DNA of 64,000 nt from NCBI GenBank assembly GCA_965214605.1, contig OZ243961.1, forward strand, positions 1,824,001 through 1,888,000. Direction: 5' to 3'. This document shows positions 1 through 7,699 of the stretch, piece after piece. Origin of the DNA: an uncultured Candidatus Binatia bacterium. Its GTDB lineage: Bacteria > Desulfobacterota > Binatia > Bin18. The translations under genes were made by a program, and so were the position numbers. The notes beneath the pieces are model-generated. The model was not told where the DNA came from, ran no database searches, and saw nothing but the letters and a program-made list of their open reading frames with translations. Every line of letters starts with the position of its first letter. The first letter of the stretch is position 1.

Positions 1-736
1 CAATCCACGTCGCCGCTTCGTGTATCGAAGCGCGGTCGAGGTGCGCGTAGCGCGCCGTCGTCTCGATCTCCCGATACCCAAGCAGCCGCGCGATCATGGG
101 CAGCGACTCGCCGAGCGCGAGGGTGCGGGAGGCAAAGCTGTGTCGCAGGTCGTGGATTCTCACTTCCTTAATGCCGAGTCTGTCAAGAGTAGCGGTAGGT
201 GTTCCGAGTTCGCTTCGGGGGTTTCTGCGAAAATCCTCGACCGTAACGTGGCCGAGGTAAATCTCAGTGAATCTCATGGGAGCGCGACCTGCGGCGGGTT
301 CCGTTTCATTGTCCACCTTGTAGACAAACACGCACCTCCACTGTTCTTGTGCGCCATGGGTGTCGACTGCCCCTCCCGCCTTGCGAGTGCTCTTGACCTC
401 AACCCCCTCTTCGCCGGCCTTCACCGCGTCGTTCGGGTAGATTCCGTTGACGACAAGATCCGGGTGTCTCTTATGATACCGGTTCTCGACGAGCACACGG
501 GAATGCCGCGCCATGCTCGCCGTGATCATGTCCGAGATGAGCCCCGACATCGCGGCGGGCCGCAGCATGTCGTCTAGCCGCTTCAGTCTCCTGTCGGACA
601 GATACGTGTTCGCATCGAAGAAGAAGTCATAGATGTCCTGCATGACAAGCCCGAAATCCTCCAGGCGGAGCATGAAGGGTAATTCCGCGTCGCGATTAAA
701 CATCAAGGAGTCGGGCGTCTGGCGAACGATGGGCAT
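1..736 (-). CDS. Chimeric ORF running off the window edge: PD-(D/E)xK restriction-endonuclease-like domain fused in frame to a tyrosine recombinase C-terminus
   Basis: Hand translation from ATG 736 is open to base 1 with no stop, hence absent from the ORF track. It reads MPIVRQTPDSLMFNRDAELPF...HPDLVVNG...GVEVKSTRK...TATLDRLGIKE, then VRIHDLRHSFAS...LLGYREIETTARYAH (integrase box II motifs, from base 163 down). Confidence 0.75.
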   Translation of the reverse strand, partial: MPIVRQTPDSLMFNRDAELPFMLRLEDFGLVMQDIYDFFFDANTYLSDRRLKRLDDMLRPAAMSGLISDMITASMARHSRVLVENRYHKRHPDLVVNGIYPNDAVKAGEEGVEVKSTRKAGGAVDTHGAQEQWRCVFVYKVDNETEPAAGRAPMRFTEIYLGHVTVEDFRRNPRSELGTPTATLDRLGIKEVRIHDLRHSFASRTLALGESLPMIARLLGYREIETTARYAHLDRASIHEAATWI

Positions 737-846
737 GGGCTGAAGAGACTCTGGCTTGAAGGATCGCGATGGCATCCACGGACCGACCGGATGAAGTCCA
801 GAGATACGCCGTCATCGTCCTCGTAACAGTATCCTCGTTCTTGAAC

Positions 847-1056
847 TAGTGTAATGTCCTTAAAAAATAGTGATTCAGAAGTTTTAGGCAGAGCCTCGCG
901 GCTCCGGTGAACTTTTTCAAGAATTTCGTCAACAGTCTTCATCCAGACGAGAGGGCGTGGGTTTTCATTATAGCTGAGCAGGTAATCGCACAAACACTTC
1001 TCCAATTGAGGCACCAAGGTGAAGACGCCACGACGAACCTGCTTCTGCGTGGGCAT
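847..1056 (-). mobile_element. IS630-family transposase C-terminal remnant with right end
   Basis: QKQVRRGVFTLVPQLEKCLCDYLLSYNENPRPLVWMKTVDEILEKV is typical of IS630 C-termini. It ends at CTAGTGTAATGTCC (846-859), the TA/CTAG-type end of IS630 elements. The N-terminus is missing. Confidence 0.75.
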
Positions 1057-1726
1057 GGCGAAGGAAGACGCCGTTTCGTCAAGGAGACCGGTGCCTCAGA
1101 TCGGCATGATCGGTCACCAGTGCTCCTCAAGCGGAACCTGCAGCCGAACGATTGCACGGGTGACGGAGGCATTGAGCCACCGAGCCCCGCGATTTCGGGG
1201 CTAGAAGGCTTGGAGGGCTGAGGAGTAGGTCGTTTCCACTGACAGAACCACTACGCTCCGCGCAGGACGGCACCCAAGTCCGCTTCCGAAATGTTTACGG
1301 AGAAATCAGCCTCAAACATAACTCCTATAATACCGTCGTTTATGTCGATAGGAACGAATATACTGCGTTTGTCTCGAGAATTCTCACAGATCGACCTTGC
1401 ATCCTGTTGAGCAGATCACGCCTATCTGTACGTCCTCTTCTTCTGCGTCTTCAGTTCTCCATTTGCTCCCTAATGTTTCCTAGACGCTGAGCTAGGCTTC
1501 AGTCTCGGCACCCGGTTGAGGATCTTACGCCCCCATAATTTCCAAAAGACTCTGCTGATTGAGACTACGGCCACTCCTGTGTCACTTGTCGACGCAGACA
1601 TCCTAACAGGTCGTCAGGAATGTTTTTTTATGTTAAGGAAGCTATCCCATTTGCGCACTCAACAAATAGGGTGCCAGAATAGTTCGACTTGGGGGAGTTT
1701 TCAGGACCTGACCAGACAGAGCCGCG

Positions 1727-1880
1727 TCACAATCGTGCCATAACCTGGCGGCTGAACTCTGTGACAAATTCGGCATAGCCATTCGTTGGCGGGATAAAGG
1801 CTACCTGCTTGACCCCGGCAGCTTCGAGACTGTGCAGCCGCTCAACAAGCGCCTCGGGCGTTGCAGTCGATGGAAGGCTG
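1727..1880 (-). pseudogene. 3' fragment of an LLM-class flavin-dependent oxidoreductase
   Basis: TATPEALVERLHSLEAAGVKQVAF...EFSRQVMARL aligns by eye with the C-terminus of the intact LLM at 19777-20841 (TGTGEEIIARLKALEAVGLKQIAI...EFSRQVIAKY). Confidence 0.7.
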
Positions 1881-1999
1881 AACAAGAAATGCAAAAGCTG
1901 CTTGATCTTTCGTCGATTACAGCCTATGTGACTTGGTAATGTTATGATTTTCCGGTAGGCGCGCCGGCGAATCACAATCTTCAGGGACACCAATCGGAC

Positions 2000-2227
2000 A
2001 TGCCGATGACACCTGAGCAATGCCGCATGGCCCGGGCAGGACTGTACTGGAGCCAAGTCGAACTCTCACGCCGTTCAGGGGTCGCTCCCGCAACCATTGC
2101 CGCATTCGAAAAAGGTGTCAGGAAGCCTTATCCCAGAACGATCAGAGACCTGGAACTCGCTCTCAAGAAAGCAGGAACCGAGTTCCTGAACCGTGGTGCC
2201 TGCGTAGCCGAAGAGCCGGGCCGATGA
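2000..2227 (+). CDS. XRE-family helix-turn-helix transcriptional regulator
   Basis: MTPEQCRMARAGLYWSQVELSRRSGVAPATIAAFEKG is an HTH_XRE pattern. Its stop overlaps the next ATG (ATGA). Confidence 0.85.
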   Translation: MPMTPEQCRMARAGLYWSQVELSRRSGVAPATIAAFEKGVRKPYPRTIRDLELALKKAGTEFLNRGACVAEEPGR

Positions 2228-3378
2228 ACGACGGAGTTGCACCTGCGGATCAGCCACCGTTGGGGTCGGTCGGCTCGGTGCCGGTGGAGCGGCTTGCGCT
2301 AGACTCCCTCAACCCCCGCTTGGTGACCGTGAATGGCGGGGCCACCGACGAGGAGAAGATCATCGCGCAGCTCTACCGCGCGGAAGACCTCGGGGAGCTG
2401 CTGCAATCGATCGCGGCCAATGGCTACCTGGATATTGAGCCGCTCATCGTTCTGGAGGAGGGCGAACGTCTTGTCGTTCTCGAGGGTAATCGGCGTCTGG
2501 CAGCCATTCGCTTGTTCCGAGAACCGGAGCTCGCCGCGCGGGTCGGCAAACGAGGACGGCTGCGAATTACCCTTCTGGATATGCCGAAGCAGTACCGACC
2601 CACTCTCGATCATGTTTCAGTGTACCGCGTCGCCAGCCGAGAGGACGCGCGTTCTTTCATTGGGTTCAAGCACATCAATGGCGCCGCGAAGTGGGAGTCC
2701 TACGCAAAGGCGAAGTTCGCGGCCGATTGGTATCGTGGTGGTGGGATAACGCTTTCGGAAATTGCGAGCCGAATCGGTGACAAACACGATACTGTGAAGC
2801 GGATGGTCAATGCCATCTATGTGCTCGAGCAAGCGCACGCTGCGGGCGTGTTTCAGATCGATGACCGGTGGAGTCCACGTTTCAATTTTTCCCACCTCTA
2901 CACGGCACTTTCACGCGCGCCCTACATTCAGTTTCTCGGCCTCGACGCGGCGGCGGCGTGGGCCAGCCACGATCCGACCCCCAATCCGGTCCCTGATGAC
3001 CGGGTGGACTGCTTGTCCGAGGTATTTCGGTGGGTATACGGGTCGAAGGAAGAGGGCGTTGAGCCGGTCGTTCAGTCCCAGAACCCAGACATCAAACGCC
3101 TGGGAGAAGTTCTCGCGAGCGCCGAAGGATTGGCGGTACTGCGAGCGAGCGGATCACTCTCCGAAGCTCACGAAAGCATCGGGCCCGCCGACCGGAAGTT
3201 CTCCGAGGCGTTGCTCCGGACTCGCCGCGAGATCCGGGAGGCATCCCACAGCTTGCGCGGCTTTGACGGCCGCGACATGTCGCTGGTTGGCATCGCAGAA
3301 GATATCTCCGAGACGGCTCAGACAATTTGTGATCGGATGAGGAAAAAGGTGCGCGACGCCGCGATGGGCAACGAATGA
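2224..3378 (+). CDS. ParB/Srx-like N-terminal domain protein
   Basis: LDSLNPRL...ELLQSIAANGY...EPLIV...VVLEGNRRLAA (ParB GxRR motif). The start is placed at ATG 2224, coupled to the XRE stop. Confidence 0.85.
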   Translation: MNDGVAPADQPPLGSVGSVPVERLALDSLNPRLVTVNGGATDEEKIIAQLYRAEDLGELLQSIAANGYLDIEPLIVLEEGERLVVLEGNRRLAAIRLFREPELAARVGKRGRLRITLLDMPKQYRPTLDHVSVYRVASREDARSFIGFKHINGAAKWESYAKAKFAADWYRGGGITLSEIASRIGDKHDTVKRMVNAIYVLEQAHAAGVFQIDDRWSPRFNFSHLYTALSRAPYIQFLGLDAAAAWASHDPTPNPVPDDRVDCLSEVFRWVYGSKEEGVEPVVQSQNPDIKRLGEVLASAEGLAVLRASGSLSEAHESIGPADRKFSEALLRTRREIREASHSLRGFDGRDMSLVGIAEDISETAQTICDRMRKKVRDAAMGNE

Positions 3379-4377
3379 TGCCTGCGATCTACCTTCCATC
3401 TGACGAGTTCACCGGCTCCTACTCCCCCAGACTTGGATCTTGCAGCCGACTATCTTGAATTAAAGGCAGCCCTCTCCGCTAATCGGCAAGCATTTAGCGC
3501 GGCCGTCGTTGACGCTTTGGAGCTTGCAGCTGAGACGGAATTCGCGGACGTCAACGCCGAAATCGAGCGTCGCGAAGAAGTCGCCGCAGGCGCGATCGCC
3601 CGCATGACGTCGCGAAAGCGAGTGTTGGCTGCGGCATATCCGTTCGAGCTCGATGGCCATGGAGACGCTGTGCTCTTCACTGCGGATCAGCCGGACCTTG
3701 GTCAAGCCGCGTACCTGATTTCGCTCCTCCTTTCCAACCTTCGCGCCCATTCGCCGCTGCTTGAAGATCCCGAGCTGCATCCTTCGAAAGGGGAGGTCCG
3801 CCAGCTTCGTCAATACTTCCAATATTTCGCAACGGCCGCCATCGCGGCGGAGATTCAAGGGCCTGCGTGGTCCTTCGGTGCTCCCCGGCCGGACAAAACC
3901 GGGTTCATCAATAAACTCGGCGAAATTTGGGCCGTGCTGAAGGATGGGACCGTCAACGCCGATCCGTCCGCATCTGACGCACCAAAGGACGACCAGGTCG
4001 ACGTGTTCGCTTGGCGTCAACAGGCAGACGGTCTTCCTGGCTTTCTTCTCGTTGCGGCCCAAGTCGCGACGGGCAAGAACTGGAAGGACAAGTCAATCAA
4101 ATCGCACATCGCGGGAGTGTTTCAGAAGCGCTGGTTCCAATCCACTCCGGTGACGGACATGGTAGCATACCACGTAGTGCCGTTCGCTCGACCAGACAAC
4201 AAGTTTCGGGACGATGTTTTGGTCCTAGGGAATATCCTGCACCGTCTTCGCGTGCCTCGCCGCGTGTCCGAAGCTGCGAACCTTGAACGAGCGGGCGTAA
4301 TGATCGAGGCGTTCGATCAGCTGGACAGCGCCGTACGATGGATAGGCGCCTATCTCGAACGTGCGAGAGCGGCATGA
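3375..4377 (+). CDS. Putative PD-(D/E)xK/Mrr-like endonuclease; probable +1 frameshift near the 5' end
   Basis: The main ORF (3433-4377) has KDDQVDVFAW...AQVATGKNWKDK. The coupled start ATGATG at 3375 is one base out of frame, which would be corrected by removing one C from the C5 run at 3424-3428. Confidence 0.6.
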
Positions 4378-4840
4378 GGCATCGTTTCCACTCCCTTTGT
4401 CCGTATTTCGCGATGTTCCCCGAGAGCTTCGTTGAAAAGCATCTCGCGGCAACGAAATTCAACGGTGTGGTCTTCGATCCATTTTGTGGACGAGGCACGA
4501 CAATATTCGAGAGCCTCATTCGCGAACGGGCTGCCGCCGGTTGCGACATCCATCCCGTGGCTGTCTGCGTATCGGGGGCCAAGAGCGATCCACCGACCCA
4601 CCTTGAGGTCTTGGAACGTCTCTCTCAGTTGGAGGAGGAGAGTTTCAGCTTCCCACCTGGCGACCATGTGGGAGAGTTGTCCGAATTCTGTGCTTCGACC
4701 CTGTAACCTTTGTGCAGATCCGATTCCTGAGAGAGAGACTATCGTGGCACCAGGATCGCACAGACAGATTTATCGCCGCCTTGTGTCTCGGTGCGTTGCA
4801 CGGAGAATCTCATCGCAGCCCGAATTACTTCAGCAACAGG
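4374..4840 (+). pseudogene. Amino-type (probably N4-C) DNA methyltransferase, frameshifted and truncated
   Basis: MRHRFHSLCPYFAMFP...VFDPFCGRGTT (SAM-binding motif I)...GCDIHPVA. The frame changes near 4690 and continues QIRFLR...LHGESHRSPNYFSNR, then breaks at ~4840 before any (S/D/N)PPY motif. Confidence 0.8.
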
Positions 4841-5118
4841 GCGACGTCGAGGAGTTCGTGGCCGGCACGAGCCGAAACGCACGGAAGTACATGGCGTCAC
4901 TGCTCAGGAGCGGGGTGCTGCGGAATCACACAGCGCAGACGTTGCGTAAGGCATCGACCGGTACGCAGCTGGAGATCGAGGTCCGGGACGACAAGGTTGT
5001 GATGCCCACCGGAAGTGGTGAAATCACGGAACTGATGCGATTCGTGAACGACAGGCGGTATGTCGGGCCTGTTTCAGGCGATGCGTTCATCACCAACTCA
5101 AGGCGACCTGCGACCTAA
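4841..5118 (+). pseudogene. KwaB-like (DUF4868-type) C-terminal fragment
   Basis: It ends ...ELMRFVNDRRYVGPVSGDAFITNSRR, resembling the KwaB C-terminal signature. The 5' part is lost at the junction with the MTase. Confidence 0.55.
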
Positions 5119-5575
5119 TCGGGCGGCTTCTTCTCGATCAGCACGTATTCGGCGAGACGGGCGACGTCGAGCGTCTCCCCTATTTTGTAGATGCGGCGAT
5201 TGGCAATGAGGACGTGGGGCATACCGTCCGTCTCAGTCACCCTGTAGAAGTGGTAGCCGAGGAAGATGAGCAGCGGATTGAAGTGGAAGCCGTAGCTGGT
5301 AGCGACGACCAGACAGAAAAGCAAGGTCACCAGAATCCATGCGAGCCAATTATAAGTCGTCAAATCTCGACGGTCGCGGCGCGATAGATTCTCGACTGGA
5401 GATGGCTCTTGGCGAAACGAAGCAAGCCCGCGCAAAGGAGCACCAATAGAATGCAGCCAGCCACGAATGCAGCGGCGTACCAGTAATCACAGTTGATGAC
5501 CGATACAGCGGCATAGGTCAGGAGAACCGGCGCGAAGGCTGTGACCGCCAGGAGGAGTTTAGCGAGCTTGCCCAC
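5115..5575 (-). pseudogene. KwaA-like membrane protein with internal deletion/frameshift
   Basis: MGKLAKLLLAVTAFAPVLLTY...RAATVEI* then another frame DLTTYNWLAW...FHFNPLLIFLGYHFYRV (the NPLL..GY.FY motif of KwaA-type proteins). The break is near 5360-5370. Confidence 0.6.
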
Positions 5576-5928
5576 GACGACGGCTCGTTTGTACTTCGTC
5601 TCTCTCCATCGAAAGACAAGTGCGCGGGGTGTCAGACACGGATGAGGGGTCCGGGTTCGACACGTACCACGGCGCCGCAAAAGCGCACCGTGCGGCCGCC
5701 CGGATTTGGACGCCAGTGCGTCTGCCATGTTGTATTGCGTTTGCATTGGGGTGGGCGTGCATTGGGCAGAGCATTGTCGCATTCGCTGGAAGCAGGGTCA
5801 ACGGTTTGCGGTGTCGCGCGCCGGCCTCTAAGAGAGTTCTCTGAGTACGGATTCCGCCAACGGGGCATTGACCTCGCGCCCCGCCGAATCGGTCCGCGCG
5901 ATTGAGGGACGGAAAGGAGATTACTGCC

Positions 5929-6753
5929 GTGAAGTCGATGCTGCTGGCAGTAGGGATATTCATCGGCGCGATGGCATTATTCGCCACCGTGCCTGGGCCT
6001 GCGTTTCTTGGCGTGTCGGACGTTGCGGTGCGCTCCTTCGACGCGTTGGCGAACACTGTCGGACGGATTACGGATCAGGCGAGCGGATTGGTGCAGACGA
6101 CGGTCCATCGGACCGAGGCGTCCACCGCGGTTCTGTCGGGCCGACCACGGGTGATCGATGGCGACACGATCGCCGTGGGTGGGACGCGAGTACGTCTGCA
6201 TGGCGTGGATGCGCCGGAGAGCGGCCAGAGTTGTGTTGCCGGCGGTGCGCGCTGGCCGTGCGGGCGCCAGGCGGCCCAAGCACTCACTAGACGGCTTGGG
6301 GGCCGAAAGGTCGTCTGCGAAGAGCGTGACCGGGACCGTTACGGCCGCATCGTCGCGGTGTGCCGAGAGGATGGCCGCGACATCAATGCCTGGCTGGTCG
6401 CCGAAGGTTGGGCGCTGGCGTACCGGCGGTACTCACTCGAATACGTGGACGAGGAGTCGGCGGCGCGGGCAGCGCGGAAGGGAGTCTGGCGCGGAGAGAT
6501 CGTGGTGCCCTCGGACTGGCGCCGGGGGAAGCGCCTGGAGCGCGCGGCGCGGACGAGCAGTCCGGCGGCGGAAGCGGCGCTGAAGCGCTGCAACATCAAG
6601 GGGAACATCAACCACAACAGTGGCAGACGGATCTACCATATGCCCGGCGACCGCTACTACACGCGCACCCGGATTACTCCGTCGCGGGGCGAGCGCTGGT
6701 TCTGCTCGGAAGCCGAAGCGCGCGCGGCAGGTTGGCGGAGGGCGCGCCGGTAA
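5929..6753 (+). CDS. Thermonuclease (SNase) family protein with C-terminal Cys/His domain (ExoI-like)
   Basis: VIDGDT, RLHGVDAPE, DRYGR, LVAEGWA, plus CNIKGNI...YHMPG...WFCSEAEARAAGWR. It has an N-terminal hydrophobic segment and an AAGGAG RBS before GTG 5929. Confidence 0.9.
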   Translation: MKSMLLAVGIFIGAMALFATVPGPAFLGVSDVAVRSFDALANTVGRITDQASGLVQTTVHRTEASTAVLSGRPRVIDGDTIAVGGTRVRLHGVDAPESGQSCVAGGARWPCGRQAAQALTRRLGGRKVVCEERDRDRYGRIVAVCREDGRDINAWLVAEGWALAYRRYSLEYVDEESAARAARKGVWRGEIVVPSDWRRGKRLERAARTSSPAAEAALKRCNIKGNINHNSGRRIYHMPGDRYYTRTRITPSRGERWFCSEAEARAAGWRRARR

Positions 6754-7029
6754 GCGGCACGGCGGAAAGCGGCGGGTTGGCTCCGCCTCCGGAAAACCCG
6801 GAAACGGACGCTCAACCGGGCAAAGCCGGTGCGGGGTTCGTCCTTGGTCGCAGACGGCTCATGCGACACGAAGAGTCGAGGCACGACCACCTCCCAAGTC
6901 TCGGAACGCAGCATTCGCTTACGTGCTTCGTCTTCCTCGTCGGCGGCCCAGCGGGTGAAGACTCCCAGCACCGATGCTCGAGTAATGACCATGCCACGCG
7001 GCAGTGTCCACTTTCTCGCCATGCGGGCA

Positions 7030-7334
7030 GCCAGCACTCTTGCGCATGGCGGTGTTATGGCGAGCGATCAGGTTGCGCATGGCGGCTGCTTCCTCCGTCG
7101 CTGCCAATCCGTGAAGCCGCACGATGCAGAGGTGAAGAAGCCGACGCAGGAAAACAAGCTCCCCGAAGTCCTTGTCCTCGGTGACAAACACGCGGTTTTG
7201 CCGGTATGCAAGGTCGAGCAACTCCTAGTCGGAGGCGCTTGCATATCCGTCGGCGGAAAAGACATCGTGCCCGAGACCGGTCAACGTCGTGTGCAGAGCG
7301 CTTGATGCGACGCAGAATCCAGGAGAAACTTCAC
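7030..7334 (-). pseudogene. DUF5615/PIN-like toxin pseudogene
   Basis: VKFLLD / frameshift / ...GLGHDV...ASD* ELLDLAYRQNRVFVTEDKDFGELVF. It has one frameshift, one in-frame TAG and an abnormal 3' end. Its GTG overlaps the antitoxin stop. Confidence 0.75.
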
Positions 7335-7588
7335 GAAGCCTCTCGGACAGTGATGCGGTCATATAGATGCTCTCCGGCCATCGAACGATAAGCGAAGATC
7401 AGACATGCCTGGATGTCCTCCGGTTCGAGAAACGGATACTCGCTCAGTATCGTCTCGGTAGTATCGCCTGCGGCCAGCTTTCCGAGGACATGCTCCACGG
7501 CGATCCGCATATCGCGGATGATCGGCTTACCGCCGAAGATGTCGGCGCGAACCGTGATACGGTCCAACAGTTCGGTTTCTCCCGTCAC
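7331..7588 (-). CDS. DUF433 family antitoxin
   Basis: RITVRADIFGGKPIIRDMRIAVEHVL...EYPFLEPEDIQACL; AAGGAG RBS. Confidence 0.9.
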   Translation of the reverse strand: MTGETELLDRITVRADIFGGKPIIRDMRIAVEHVLGKLAAGDTTETILSEYPFLEPEDIQACLIFAYRSMAGEHLYDRITVREAS

Positions 7589-7699
7589 TTGCGTCTCCTT
7601 CTCTTTTGCCGGCACCTTCCGTCGCAACAGGCAGGAGCCTCCCAGAGCAGCTGGGCACGTTCCAGTTTCCAAGGCTCAATGAGGGACTCTTCAGCAATC

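Noticed and set aside
20-577. 185-aa plus-strand ORF
   Set aside because: Antisense shadow of the nuclease/integrase frame on the minus strand.
1230-1253. Possible second IS630 end (TAGTGGTTCTGTC on the minus strand)
   Set aside because: Only weak similarity to the end at 847; cannot be supported.
1660-1676. Sigma54-like TGGCAC-N5-TTGT on the minus strand
   Set aside because: The conserved -12 GC is mismatched and there is no intact downstream gene.
2020-2223. N-terminal extension of the ParB ORF
   Set aside because: It overlaps the XRE gene; the coupled ATG at 2224 is the better start.
3376-3432. TGA readthrough/selenocysteine fusing ParB to the in-frame nuclease ORF
   Set aside because: No SECIS-like hairpin seen; the overlapping ATGATG start plus a homopolymer frameshift is simpler.
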